Shown here: positions 46,241-57,003 of the stretch, in pieces | Layout of the letters: every line of letters begins with the position of its first letter | How positions within the stretch are numbered: position 1 is the stretch's first letter | NCBI GenBank assembly: GCA_965195285.1 | Contig: CBDAFS010000062.1 | Span: 64,001 to 128,000 of the forward strand | Length of the DNA stretch: 64,000 nt | Direction of reading: 5' to 3' | From: an uncultured Aminicenantes bacterium | GTDB taxonomy: Bacteria > Acidobacteriota > Aminicenantia > UBA2199 | Notes under the pieces: model-generated | Database searches by the model: none | What the model saw: only the letters and a program-made list of their open reading frames with translations | Told to the model about the DNA's origin: nothing | Position numbers and translations under genes: made by a program

Positions 46241-49018
46241 TTAAATACGGGCCGGACGCCGGGGCATAACCCTCAACTCTTTGGCCTTTTTCTGACGTTC
46301 CTGGTCAATTAAACGGGATACTTCCTGGATCAGATCATCACCATATTTTTTCAGTGTCTTGGTGATAAAATTCTTATCGATTTCTTCATAGGAAATTCCT
46401 TTTGACTTGGCAACCTCCATCAAAAAAGTCAGGGCTTTGGTCTGGATCAAGGTATCCGGATTCAGCGAAATGGAATCAATCCCTTCTTCCACCAGAAAAG
46501 CGGTAAAAGAGGGGAAATCAGACGGAGCCTGACCACAGATTCCCACCGTGCATCCATTGCGGTGTGCCACTTCAATCAATTGGGAAATCATTCTTTTTAC
46601 CGCGGTATTTCGTTCATCATAAATGTGGGATAGAAGCTCGGAATCCCGGTCCAGACCCAGGGTCAATTGGGTCAGGTCATTGGATCCGATTGAAAAACCA
46701 TCAATAATCTTGCTGAATTCATCGGCCAGGATGATATTGGCCGGGATTTCAGCCATGCAATACAGCTCCAGCGGTGAATTCAAGGGTTCTCCCCTGACCA
46801 AGCCCTGCTCACTCATTATTTCGCTGACTTTTGTCCCTTCTTCCGGAGTGCGGCAGAATGGCAGCATCACCATCACATTGGACAATTTCATCTCACTGCG
46901 CACCTTGGCTATGGCCTTACATTCCAGAATAAAGGCTGCCTGGTAACGTTTATCATAGTATCGGGAACAGCCGCGCCAACCGATCATGGGGTTGGATTCC
47001 CGGGGTTCGAATAACTTTCCGCCGATGAGGCTGGCGTATTCATTGGATTTGAAATCCGATAGCCGGATAATCACCTTTTCGGGATAAAAACCCGCGGCAA
47101 TTCGGCCGATGCCAAAGGCAAGTTTATCGATGAAATACTGGGTCTTGTCCATGTAAGTAGCGGTCAAACTCTCTATTTGAAGGCCGACCTTTCGGGCATA
47201 TTCCAGCAATCCCTTCTGGTGACCCAGAAGTTCAAGTACCCCGTAATGGACCAGGGCCAGCGGATGAATCTGGATATGGGAATTGATGATAAATTCCTCC
47301 CGGGCCAGCCCCACCCCATCATGGGGCAGCAATCCGGCTGAAAATGACTGTTCCGGGATCCCGATATTCAACATGACCTTGGTTTTGGTTTTGGGGACCC
47401 TGGAAGGATCCAGCTTGCTGATTTTATAGGGAAGTATTCCGTCATAGATCAATCCCTGACCTTCGCTGCAATCGACCGTAACCTTTTGCCCGGGCTGCAG
47501 AACCTGGGTGGCATGACCGGTTCCAATCACACAGGGTATCCCGATTTCACGGCTGACAATCGCCGCATGGCAGGTCCGCCCCCCCCTATTGGTTATGATG
47601 GCCGAGGCCACCTTCATGATTGATTCCCAGTCCGGGTTGGTCATATCGGTAACCAGAACCTCATCCGGAACAAATTCACTGATCTTGGAGAAATCTTCAA
47701 TAATATTGACCGCTCCCTGGCCGATTCGGTTTCCCACTGCTTCACCTTCCATGATGGGTTTATCGGGACGTTTCTGCATCTGGAAGATTTCGGTTGAGGT
47801 TTTGGTAGAATGAACGGTCTCGGGACGTGCCTGAACAATATATATCTTTCCGGACAATCCGTCCTTGGCCCATTCTATATCAATAGGCTGGCCGTAATGC
47901 TTCTCAATAACCAGGGCCCATTCGGCCAGTTTCATGATCTCTTCAGGCTGCAAGCAAAAACTCTTGCGCTGGTGAACCGGCACAACTTCCTCTTTCACAC
48001 CCCCGTCATCCCCATATACCAGTTTTACATCTTTCATGCCGGGTTTTTCATCAATCACCGTTCGGGTGGGCTTAAAGACATAATGCTGATCCGGATTTAC
48101 CCTTCCCTGAACCACATATTCCCCCAGGCCCCAGGCAGCAGTGATATACACCACATCCTGAAATCCCGATTCCGTATCAATGGTAAAAATCACACCACTG
48201 TAGGCCAAATCACTCCTGACCATCAATTGAACGACTACAGAAATACCCACTTTCAAATGATCGACAGCCTGGATAACGGACAGATGATAGGACTCGGCCT
48301 TTTCATCCCGGTTCCGATGGGCTTCCCTGGCTTTTTTCAGCTGGGAATAACGGACATCCTCCCGATAACTGATGGCCCGATTGGAAAACAACGAGGCAAA
48401 ACAATCCAGACAGGCTTTTTTAACCGTTTCCAGGCCCGAGATATTCAGATAGGTATCCTGCTGGCCGGCAAAAGAAGCATCGGGCAAGTCTTCGGCTGTG
48501 GCACTGGAACGAACCGCCAGAGAGGGCATCTCCAGCCCGGACTCCTGACACAATTGCCGGTAGGCTTCTCCCAGCTGCTGGGACAATTCATCCGGAAAAG
48601 GGGCCTGGGAAATCTGTTCCCGAATCAAGCCCCCGCATTTAATCAGTTCCAATTGAAAAGACCGGTTGGCCTCCTCATAGGCTTTTTTGAATGCTTTGGG
48701 AATCTGATTTTCGCTTTTTTGTTTTTCGGTTTCCAGGGTTTCCTTGGCTGACTGCAGTTTTTGAAACGCCTCGCTAACTTTATGCACTTCCTTCTTAATG
48801 AACCCCCGGAGCCCCGGAGATTGGTCAATAAACAGATTATAACCATTCACGGTGATGGCAAAACCATCCGGGACCTCCACACCCATTCCCTGAAGCTGAC
48901 TGATCATTTCCCCCAGGCTGGCCGCCTTCCCCCCCACCAGGTTCACATCATTTTTCCTGATCTCGCGAAACCATAAAACATAACGGTTTGTCTTTGATTG
49001 ATCGGATTCTGCCTTCAT
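46241..49018 (-). CDS. ppsA: Phosphoenolpyruvate synthase (pyruvate,water dikinase)
   Basis: VGGKAASLGEM, AVRSSATAEDL, GGRTCHAAI, ESNPMIGWRG, SIGSNDLTQ. Confidence 0.95.
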   Translation of the reverse strand: MKAESDQSKTNRYVLWFREIRKNDVNLVGGKAASLGEMISQLQGMGVEVPDGFAITVNGYNLFIDQSPGLRGFIKKEVHKVSEAFQKLQSAKETLETEKQKSENQIPKAFKKAYEEANRSFQLELIKCGGLIREQISQAPFPDELSQQLGEAYRQLCQESGLEMPSLAVRSSATAEDLPDASFAGQQDTYLNISGLETVKKACLDCFASLFSNRAISYREDVRYSQLKKAREAHRNRDEKAESYHLSVIQAVDHLKVGISVVVQLMVRSDLAYSGVIFTIDTESGFQDVVYITAAWGLGEYVVQGRVNPDQHYVFKPTRTVIDEKPGMKDVKLVYGDDGGVKEEVVPVHQRKSFCLQPEEIMKLAEWALVIEKHYGQPIDIEWAKDGLSGKIYIVQARPETVHSTKTSTEIFQMQKRPDKPIMEGEAVGNRIGQGAVNIIEDFSKISEFVPDEVLVTDMTNPDWESIMKVASAIITNRGGRTCHAAIVSREIGIPCVIGTGHATQVLQPGQKVTVDCSEGQGLIYDGILPYKISKLDPSRVPKTKTKVMLNIGIPEQSFSAGLLPHDGVGLAREEFIINSHIQIHPLALVHYGVLELLGHQKGLLEYARKVGLQIESLTATYMDKTQYFIDKLAFGIGRIAAGFYPEKVIIRLSDFKSNEYASLIGGKLFEPRESNPMIGWRGCSRYYDKRYQAAFILECKAIAKVRSEMKLSNVMVMLPFCRTPEEGTKVSEIMSEQGLVRGEPLNSPLELYCMAEIPANIILADEFSKIIDGFSIGSNDLTQLTLGLDRDSELLSHIYDERNTAVKRMISQLIEVAHRNGCTVGICGQAPSDFPSFTAFLVEEGIDSISLNPDTLIQTKALTFLMEVAKSKGISYEEIDKNFITKTLKKYGDDLIQEVSRLIDQERQKKAKELRVMPRRPARI

Positions 49019-49153
49019 CGACGGCTCCTTATGGACTGTTTTAAAAAGAGCAAATTTCGATCATGCTCATAGTCCCATTTTAAAAAAAAACAAAAAACAT
49101 GTAAAGGGAAATAAAATTTCTCTGAAACATTCGTTGTTAAAAATGATTGAAGC

Positions 49154-50524
49154 TCAAATATGAATTGAAAAATTCCCAACCGAACCCAGGGCTTCCCAGA
49201 TATTCTCACCCAGGGTAGGATGGATGAAAACAAGTTCTTTAAAATCGCCGGCCTTCATCTGGTGAGAGACCGCATGGGTCAGTAAAGGCATCAATTCGGC
49301 GGCTTCCGAACCCACGATATGGGCGCCGATGATGGTATTCCCAAGGTCGGTTACCACTTTTACCAATCCCTGCTTGTCATCAATGGCATTGGAACGGGAG
49401 CCGGCCGAATAGGGAAACCGGGCTATTTTAATTTTTATCCCCCTTTGGTTGGCTTCGTTCTCGGTTAAACCGACCGAGGCGATTTCCGGAAAAGTAAAAA
49501 CAGCTGACGGAACCGTCAAATGACTCACCTTTTTCTTTTCAGTAATAAAATCCACAATGGCCATGGCCTGATGCGAGGCTTTGTGAGCCAGCAGGGGCGG
49601 TCCGACCACATCGCCGCAAGCAAAAATCGTTTCCACATCGGTCTGTAAATTCTTGTTCACAGAAATGTACCCTTTCGGATCTTTTTTTACAGCCAGGGAC
49701 CCGGCAAAGATTTGATCGGTAACCGGTGTTCTTCCCACAGAAACCAGAACTTTCTGAAATTGCTCCTCCCAGACTTTCTGATCCTGTTTGAAACTGAAGT
49801 GAATTCCATCCTTTTGAACCCGGGTCGCTTCAACTCCGGTTGAAGTATGGATAACGATTCCCTGTTTTTTCAATTCCTTGAGCAGGATACCGGAAAGTTC
49901 GGTATCGGTTCCGGGCAGGATATGATCCAGTATTTCGACCACGGTTACCTCAGCGCCCAGGTAGCCGTAAATGATCCCCATCTCCAATCCGATCGCTCCG
50001 GCTCCGATCACCAGCAGCTTGGCCGGTATATCGTTCAGCTCGAGAGCGGTATCCGAATGAATAATCATCTGGTTGTCAAATTTCAAAAATGGAAGTTCGG
50101 CTGGCTTTGAACCGGTGGCAATCACGATATTCCGGCTGTTTATTTCAAGTTCCCCATTGATAACCAATTTATCCGGGGCAATGATTTTCCCAATGCCCTT
50201 GATCAACTCGACCTGGTTTTGTTTGAAAAGATGATCTATCCCCCGGGTTAATTTTGACACCACCCGGTTCTTCATATCCAGCATTTTACAAGTCTCTATT
50301 TCCATCTCACCGGTGTGTATTCCCCATTTAGAAGCATCCCTTATCTGTTTGATGAATTTTACTGAATGAAGCAGGATTTTGGTAGGAATACAGCCCCGGT
50401 GCAGACAGATCCCCCCCAATTCCTGCTTCTCTATCACCGCGGTTTTCAGACCTTTTTTAGCAGCCGCAATTGCTCCTTCATAGCCTGCAGGGCCGCCGCC
50501 CAGAAAAACAATATCATAGACCAT
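49154..50524 (-). CDS. lpdA: Dihydrolipoamide dehydrogenase
   Basis: GGGPAG, GGICLHRGCIPTK, GAGAIGLE, HPTLGE. Confidence 0.93.
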   Translation of the reverse strand: MVYDIVFLGGGPAGYEGAIAAAKKGLKTAVIEKQELGGICLHRGCIPTKILLHSVKFIKQIRDASKWGIHTGEMEIETCKMLDMKNRVVSKLTRGIDHLFKQNQVELIKGIGKIIAPDKLVINGELEINSRNIVIATGSKPAELPFLKFDNQMIIHSDTALELNDIPAKLLVIGAGAIGLEMGIIYGYLGAEVTVVEILDHILPGTDTELSGILLKELKKQGIVIHTSTGVEATRVQKDGIHFSFKQDQKVWEEQFQKVLVSVGRTPVTDQIFAGSLAVKKDPKGYISVNKNLQTDVETIFACGDVVGPPLLAHKASHQAMAIVDFITEKKKVSHLTVPSAVFTFPEIASVGLTENEANQRGIKIKIARFPYSAGSRSNAIDDKQGLVKVVTDLGNTIIGAHIVGSEAAELMPLLTHAVSHQMKAGDFKELVFIHPTLGENIWEALGSVGNFSIHI

Positions 50525-50552
50525 GCTTCCTCCCAGAATTCTCAAGCCGGAA

Positions 50553-51263
50553 TCATTTGATCAACAAGATCATTCTCTTGACTGCCTCTCCAAGTCCCAA
50601 GAAAGTGGCATTGGAAATAATAGAATGCCCGATATTCAATTCTTCAATTTCGGATATGCTGACAATGGGAGTCACATTTTGATAGGTCAGGCCATGTCCG
50701 CCGTAGATCCTGAGGTTTAATTTTTTAGCATAACCCACTGCTTTCTCGATTTTTTCAAGTTCCAGCTTGGCATAACTGTTATTCCAATTTTTAGCGTACT
50801 CACCGGTATTGATTTCAATAATACCGATTCCCAGCCGGTGAATGGCCTTGATCTGATCGATATCGGGATCGATAAACACGGATACCTCCAGGCCGGCTGC
50901 CTTTAAATTTCCGGCTACCTCCTCCACTCTGTCTCCGTACATCATCACATCGAGGCCACCGGTGGTGGTAACCTCTTCGGGAGTCTCCGGCACCAGTGTG
51001 CAAATATCGGGCTTGTGACGGAGCGCGATTTTAACCATTTCCATTGATACGGCCATTTCCAGGTTCAGTTTGGTTTTAACTATTTTTCTCAACAACTCAA
51101 CATCCTGTTCCTGAATATGTCGGCGATCCTGTCTCAGGTGAACCGTGATCCCATCTGCACCGGCCAGTTCAGCAATGGCCGCCGCATAGACCGGATCCGG
51201 TTCATTGGTCATCCTGGCCTGCCTCAGGGTAGCAATGTGATCGACATTAACCCCTAATCTCAT
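50553..51263 (-). CDS. pdxJ: Pyridoxine 5'-phosphate synthase
   Basis: LGVNVDHIATLRQAR, TVHLRQDRRHI, GHGL, ELNIGHSI. Confidence 0.97.
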   Translation of the reverse strand: MRLGVNVDHIATLRQARMTNEPDPVYAAAIAELAGADGITVHLRQDRRHIQEQDVELLRKIVKTKLNLEMAVSMEMVKIALRHKPDICTLVPETPEEVTTTGGLDVMMYGDRVEEVAGNLKAAGLEVSVFIDPDIDQIKAIHRLGIGIIEINTGEYAKNWNNSYAKLELEKIEKAVGYAKKLNLRIYGGHGLTYQNVTPIVSISEIEELNIGHSIISNATFLGLGEAVKRMILLIK

Positions 51264-51264
51264 T

Positions 51265-52620
51265 TCACTCTCCTATGTTTGACTTTATTAGGTCCACAAA
51301 TTTATGTAAATTTTCACTGATTATTTGCTCATGCTTGGATTCCATCATGACGCGTATCAGGGATTCGGTTCCGGAATACCTGATGACCAGCCGGGAACTA
51401 TCACCGTATCGGTGGTTAAATCCATCGATCAATCGATTCAACTCATCCCAGTTCCGAAGTTCCCGCTTTTTTTTGATGGGGATGTTTTCGGTAACCTGGG
51501 CCTGGGGGACGATCAATCGGCGCACATCCCCGATTTTCATGTCCAGAATCATTAACGCCCGGAGGAATAAGAGAGCAGTCAGGATACCATCCCCGGTCTT
51601 CTGAAAATTCCTGAGAATAATATGACCGGACTGTTCTCCACCCAGGACCGCATTTCTCTTTTTCATTTCCTCATATACCAACCGGTCTCCGACCCCGGTT
51701 CTGACCAATTCAATGCCCCTCTGTTTTAAGGCCATTTCCAGTCCCAGATTGGACATGATCGTACCCACAACAGTTTTGTTGAAATCCGGGTTGGTGTTAA
51801 GCAGCAAATCCGAAATCATGACCAGGGCATAATCCCCATCCAGCTCAAATCCCTGATTGTCCAAGAAAATTACCCGGTCTCCATCTCCATCAAAGGCGAT
51901 CCCCAGGTCAGTTTTGTCCGATACAAGCCTGGTTTTCAACTTCCGAAGATCAGTGGAACCGCAGTTATCATTTATGTTCCGACCGTCGGGCTGAGTGTTT
52001 ATTATGGTCATATCCAGGCCGGTTTCACAAAAAACCAAGGGTGCAATTTCGACAGTTGCCCCATGGGAACAATCCAGGACACATTTCAGTTTCAATGTAT
52101 CCAAGTCGACGGACTGATCCAGCAAAAACTGTCTGTACTCCTGGGTATGGGCACGGGGTAAATCACGAATAGGATCCTCCCTGCTCTGTTCTCGTTCTGG
52201 CTTCTCATTTCCATACCGTGAATAAAAGGCGTCCTCAATACGACCTTCCTGTTCCCCGGAAATCTTTTCACCATTGGCCTGGAATATCTTGATCCCATTG
52301 TCATGGAAGGGATTATGGGAAGCGGTGATCATGAGACCATAATCAAAATCGGAATGGCCCAGCAAATAGGATAAACCCGGGGTTGGGATGACACCACAGG
52401 AATAAACCTCAGCCTGATCTGCCATACCGGCAGCAATGGTGCTTTCAATATATCGGCCTGATTCTCGGGTATCCCTTCCCATCAGAATTTTTTTCCCTTG
52501 CCAGAGATTGGCCAGGATGGAACCAAGGCTTATCAACGCATGCTGATCAAATGGAAATTCTCCGAATCTCGAGCGAATTCCATCGGTCCCAAAAAGTTTC
52601 TTTTTATTTCCGCTGATCAT
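51265..52620 (-). CDS. glmM: Phosphoglucosamine mutase
   Basis: FGTDGIR, TASHNP, DGDGDR, GGEQSGH, RYSGTE. Confidence 0.95.
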   Translation of the reverse strand: MISGNKKKLFGTDGIRSRFGEFPFDQHALISLGSILANLWQGKKILMGRDTRESGRYIESTIAAGMADQAEVYSCGVIPTPGLSYLLGHSDFDYGLMITASHNPFHDNGIKIFQANGEKISGEQEGRIEDAFYSRYGNEKPEREQSREDPIRDLPRAHTQEYRQFLLDQSVDLDTLKLKCVLDCSHGATVEIAPLVFCETGLDMTIINTQPDGRNINDNCGSTDLRKLKTRLVSDKTDLGIAFDGDGDRVIFLDNQGFELDGDYALVMISDLLLNTNPDFNKTVVGTIMSNLGLEMALKQRGIELVRTGVGDRLVYEEMKKRNAVLGGEQSGHIILRNFQKTGDGILTALLFLRALMILDMKIGDVRRLIVPQAQVTENIPIKKKRELRNWDELNRLIDGFNHRYGDSSRLVIRYSGTESLIRVMMESKHEQIISENLHKFVDLIKSNIGE

Positions 52621-53281
52621 ACTTTTCAACAACAATGGTCACTTCAACCGATTCGACATCTTCAAATCTTAGAATCTCCTCCCGCTTTTTCAAATCAAGT
52701 GTTAAGGTAATCGTTTCCGTAACCTTGGATCGGTCAACAGGCTCCAGGGTGGAAATAATGTTGATGGGCTGGATTCGGGATTTGTATCCGAATATTTTGA
52801 CCCTCTGGGGTCGAATGCGTACCTCTTTGACCTTTACATTTTTGCTGTAGTCCCGGACAAACTGAACTTTCACCGGAACTTCTTTGGTCATGAACTCTTC
52901 GACCTTCATCTCGATCATCTTGGGATGAATTGAGACCACCCGGGTATCTTCAGGCGTTATCAGGTAATCCTCGGTAAACACATTCAGGCGCATACTTTCC
53001 CGAATTCCCCTTAGATCGATTAGGATCTTGAAGTTTTCCGACAGAACTTTTTTCATTTCACTGGAAGTTCCCCGCACTTTGATTTTTACCTTTTCGGGCC
53101 TTACCAGCCTCACATCGATATTTTCCGAAACATTTATGTATTCCACATCAATATCCAGGGTTTTCTCCACATAGAGCCTTTCTTTCCCGGATATCTGAAT
53201 CCAGACAAACAGGGCAATGAAGAGCGCGGTCAGCTTTAAACCGATGTTATTAAAAAGAATCTTTTTTATATTCATGGTCAA
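52604..53281 (-). CDS. cdaR: CdaR/YbbR-like regulator
   Basis: N-terminal TM (NNIGLKLTALFIALFVW) plus two YbbR-like domains, between cdaA and glmM. Confidence 0.85.
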   Translation of the reverse strand: MTMNIKKILFNNIGLKLTALFIALFVWIQISGKERLYVEKTLDIDVEYINVSENIDVRLVRPEKVKIKVRGTSSEMKKVLSENFKILIDLRGIRESMRLNVFTEDYLITPEDTRVVSIHPKMIEMKVEEFMTKEVPVKVQFVRDYSKNVKVKEVRIRPQRVKIFGYKSRIQPINIISTLEPVDRSKVTETITLTLDLKKREEILRFEDVESVEVTIVVEKYDQRK

Positions 53282-54036
53282 ATCTGGTAATGAGCCAGCC
53301 TGGTTTTTAATCCCTCTCGATCCAATCCCCTGATCAACTCTCCATTAACGGCTAGGGAAATTTTTCCAGTCTCTTCTGAAACCACAATGGCAATACAGTC
53401 CGTCTGCTGGGTAATCCCGATAGCGGCCAGGTGGCGGGTGCCGCTGGGACTGAGCTCCAGGAGCGGGGGCAGTGGAAAAAAACACCTAGCCAATTCGATT
53501 CGATTCTTACTGATGATGACGGCTCCATCATGCAGGGGCGAGTGGGGAGTGAATATGGTCAGGAGCAGGTCTTTACTGATATCCGCATCGACCTTTACCG
53601 GTTTGTTTACATAATTTTTTACATTGATTTCCCTTTCAATGGCAATGATGGCCCCGATTTTCGACAAGGATAAAGCCACCACAGTATTAACGATTTCATC
53701 AATGAACTCAGACTTGTTTGACTGGGCATACTTTGTTTTTAACTTGCTGCCTATTTCTGCCAGTATTTTTTTCAGTTCATCCTGGAACAGTACGATAATG
53801 GCAAAAATAAGGTAAGTCATAAAATTATTGAGAATAAAGGAGAAAGCGGTCAATTTCATAAAACTGGCAATAAAGGCGAAAACTCCGATCAGGGCCAGAC
53901 CAATGGCTACCTGATATGATTTGGTACCCTTGATAAGCAACAGCAGATAGTAAAAAAGAAGGAACAAAAACAGAATATCAATGACATCACTCAGATTAAA
54001 CTGGGAAAAAGCCGCAATTATATAGTCAAAACTCAT
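53278..54036 (-). CDS. cdaA: Diadenylate cyclase CdaA
   Basis: 3 TM, PLHDGA, GTRHLAA, VVSEETG. Confidence 0.93.
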   Translation of the reverse strand: MSFDYIIAAFSQFNLSDVIDILFLFLLFYYLLLLIKGTKSYQVAIGLALIGVFAFIASFMKLTAFSFILNNFMTYLIFAIIVLFQDELKKILAEIGSKLKTKYAQSNKSEFIDEIVNTVVALSLSKIGAIIAIEREINVKNYVNKPVKVDADISKDLLLTIFTPHSPLHDGAVIISKNRIELARCFFPLPPLLELSPSGTRHLAAIGITQQTDCIAIVVSEETGKISLAVNGELIRGLDREGLKTRLAHYQI

Positions 54037-54047
54037 TTACTTCTAAT

Positions 54048-55910
54048 CTAAATCCCGGGTTTCTTTTTTTTGACATTTTTCTTTTTTGGTTTTGCCTTGC
54101 TTTTTGCAATAACCGCATCGATCTCCTCTGAAGACAGAGATTCTTTATCCAGCAGTAATCTGGCTATGGTTTTCAAAGCGCTCTTATTTTCCAGGATGAT
54201 CTTTTCCGAGTTTCCATAGGCCTCATCAATAATCTTCTTCACTTCCTTGTCGATCTTCCGGGCGGTTTCCTCCGAATATTCGTTATGATAGGCCAGTTCT
54301 CTCCCCAGAAAAATCATATCATCCTTTCTCCCGAATGTCTGGGTACCCAGGGAAGACATTCCCCACTCGCATACCATTTTACGGGCGATAGAAGTGGCCT
54401 TCTCAAAATCATGACCCCCGCCGGTGGTTAATTTATTCAAGAATATTTTTTCAGAAATCCTGCCGCCCAGCAGAACGGAAAGCTGAGCTCCCAGATAAGA
54501 CTTGGAATAGGTATACTTGTCGTTCAAAGGCAATTGCTGGGTGACACCCATGGCCATGCCTCTGGGGATAATGGAAACCTTATGAAGCGGATCGGCTTCT
54601 TCCTGAAGAGATGCAACCAGGGCATGACCGGCCTCATGATAGGCGGTAATTTCTTTTTCCTCATCGGAAATAATCATACTTTTCCGTTCGGCCCCCATTA
54701 ACACCTTGTCCTTTGCATATTCAAAATCCTTCATTTCTACTTTTTTCTTTCCGCTTCTGGACGCCCAGAGAGCCGCTTCATTGACCATATTGGCGATATC
54801 GGCGCCGGTAAAACCCGGAGTGGAACGGCCCAGGATCTTCAGGTTTACATTTTTGGACATGGGAATTTTCCGGGTGTGAACTTTCAAAATTTCTTCCCGT
54901 CCCTTTACATCCGGGATGGGAACCACGACCCGCCGGTCAAAACGACCGGGCCTCAGCAACGCGGAGTCCAGTATATCGGGCCGGTTGGTTGCTGCAATAA
55001 TAATAACCCCTTCATTGGCATCGAATCCATCCATCTCAACCAGCAGCTGGTTCAGGGTCTGTTCACGTTCATCATGTCCGCCACCGAGCCCGGCTCCCCT
55101 CTGCCTTCCGACAGCATCGATTTCATCAATAAAGATCAAGCAGGGCGCATTTTTCTTGCCCTCATTGAACAGGTCTCTTACCCTGGAAGCACCGACTCCG
55201 ACAAACAATTCCACAAAATCAGAACCTGAAATGGTAAAGAAAGGGACATTGGCCTCACCGGCTATGGCTTTGGCCAGCAGGGTCTTACCGGTTCCCGGGG
55301 GTCCGATCAGCAATACTCCCTTGGGAATCTTGCCTCCCAGTTTTTGAAATTTTTTAGGCTCTTTCAAAAATTCAATGATTTCCTGAAGCTCTTCCTTGGA
55401 CTCATCAATCCCAGCCACATCCATGAAAGTAACCTTGTTTTTTTCCCCGGAAAACAAACGGGCCTTGCTTTTGCCGAAGGTAAAGGCTTTACCGCCGCCC
55501 TGCTGCCTCATCAAAACCACCCAGAAAACAATCAGTATTAAAAATGGAGCCCAGGAGAGAATGATCGAAAGCCACTCATTTTTATTTAGCTTTTCAACTT
55601 CGATGGAAATTCCATTCTTTCTCAATATGGAAATAAACTCCGGATAGTCAACCGGAATGGCAGTTTCATATTTTTCCACTTCCAAACCCCGGCTGATATC
55701 ACTGGTGACTTTTCCGGTAACCACATTGCTGTCAATATAGGCAGTAACAATTTCCTTGCTTTCCACCTTTTCCATGAATTCCGAAAAGGTTAACTTGGTG
55801 GTTTTGGCATTGGTGACGTTGGAGAGCATATTCCACAACAGTATTATGATGATAAAAGAAGCAACCCAGAAAAGAATTCCTTTTGGCCTCTTTTGATTGA
55901 TATTCTTCAT
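54048..55910 (-). CDS. ftsH: ATP-dependent zinc metalloprotease FtsH
   Basis: 2 [28 protein letters not shown]. Confidence 0.98.
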   Translation of the reverse strand: MKNINQKRPKGILFWVASFIIIILLWNMLSNVTNAKTTKLTFSEFMEKVESKEIVTAYIDSNVVTGKVTSDISRGLEVEKYETAIPVDYPEFISILRKNGISIEVEKLNKNEWLSIILSWAPFLILIVFWVVLMRQQGGGKAFTFGKSKARLFSGEKNKVTFMDVAGIDESKEELQEIIEFLKEPKKFQKLGGKIPKGVLLIGPPGTGKTLLAKAIAGEANVPFFTISGSDFVELFVGVGASRVRDLFNEGKKNAPCLIFIDEIDAVGRQRGAGLGGGHDEREQTLNQLLVEMDGFDANEGVIIIAATNRPDILDSALLRPGRFDRRVVVPIPDVKGREEILKVHTRKIPMSKNVNLKILGRSTPGFTGADIANMVNEAALWASRSGKKKVEMKDFEYAKDKVLMGAERKSMIISDEEKEITAYHEAGHALVASLQEEADPLHKVSIIPRGMAMGVTQQLPLNDKYTYSKSYLGAQLSVLLGGRISEKIFLNKLTTGGGHDFEKATSIARKMVCEWGMSSLGTQTFGRKDDMIFLGRELAYHNEYSEETARKIDKEVKKIIDEAYGNSEKIILENKSALKTIARLLLDKESLSSEEIDAVIAKSKAKPKKKNVKKKKPGI

Positions 55911-56035
55911 TTTTTCCTCGGATACAATATTTTAGAATGATATTATAACATAAATTAATCGGATTAAAAAGCCGGTGCCATTCCCGAAATCCACTACCTA
56001 AATTTTTTAAATATCTGTAAAGCATTATGAATAAA

Positions 56036-56132
56036 GGGTAAGGTCAAGCCCTGTTGAGTTATTCAACAGGGCAAGCCTTACCCCTACAAAAAAGATAAGA
56101 AAATTGTAGGGTGCAACCCTTGCGGTTGCCCC
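56036..56132. repeat. Inverted pair of GTAG-type REP palindromes, one interrupted by a small palindromic insert
   Basis: GGGTAAGG..CCTTACCCCTAC (56036-56087) and GTAGGGTGCAACCCTTGCGGTTGCCCC (56106-56132). Confidence 0.7.
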
Positions 56133-56352
56133 ATTGATGAGGTTTCTTCTTTTTTGATGAAGAATTTTGGATTCATGGAAAAACAGGATTACCTGAATAT
56201 CTAATAAGACCGGGACCAGACAATGGTTAATTTCATGAATAAATGATATAATTCAAACAGGGTGCAGAAAAAATTCTTCGACACTTCATGAAAAAAAGTG
56301 GGCTTGAATTTATGTTCTGGATTGAACATAATTAAAGTTAAGGAGCGGGAAT

Positions 56353-57003
56353 ATGATTAAAGTGGAACTCTTATCAATAACACCTTCAGCAGAAAAATTG
56401 ATCGAGGATGCCGGTCGGACCGCTTACTTATCCTTTCATAAAGAGATAAAATACAGTGGCCGGGACTTCATCAAAATGCTCATCAACAAAGACCACATAT
56501 CCGTACTCGAACATGCCCTGGCCACCTTCAGAATCAAAGGCGGTTCCAGGTCCTTTACCCATCAAATGGTCAGGCATCGTTTATGTTCTTTCACCCAGCA
56601 ATCCCAGCGCTATGTGGATGAATCCAAGTTCAGTTACTCCATTCCGAATTCCATCAAGCAAGACCCGAAAATCGAAAATTTATACAGAAATTTCATGAAA
56701 AGGGCCAAAACCGTATATACCGAACTTCAGGAGCTGGGTATAAAAAATGAGGATGCCCGTTTTATTCTGCCCAATGCCGTGGAGAGCGAAATCGTGGTAA
56801 CAGCCAATTTCAGGGAATGGCGGCATATTTTTGAATTGCGGGGAGAAGCCGAGGCCCAGTGGGAGATTCGAACCATCATGATCAAAATCCTCAAAATTCT
56901 TAAAAAAAAGGCCCCTGCCATTTTTGAGGATTACGAGATAGACGAACAAAACCAAATTATAAATAAAGCCAACAAAACCGGGACCCTCACCGAAAGCACA
57001 TAA
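56353..57003 (+). CDS. thyX: FAD-dependent thymidylate synthase
   Basis: HISVLEH, RHR-X7-S (RHRLCSFTQQSQRY), EDARFILP, AQWEIR. Confidence 0.96.
   Translation: MIKVELLSITPSAEKLIEDAGRTAYLSFHKEIKYSGRDFIKMLINKDHISVLEHALATFRIKGGSRSFTHQMVRHRLCSFTQQSQRYVDESKFSYSIPNSIKQDPKIENLYRNFMKRAKTVYTELQELGIKNEDARFILPNAVESEIVVTANFREWRHIFELRGEAEAQWEIRTIMIKILKILKKKAPAIFEDYEIDEQNQIINKANKTGTLTEST

Noticed and set aside
56170-56295. Recurring TTCATG(A/G)A upstream of thyX
   Set aside because: Short AT-rich motif with irregular spacing that also occurs within coding sequence; likely chance.
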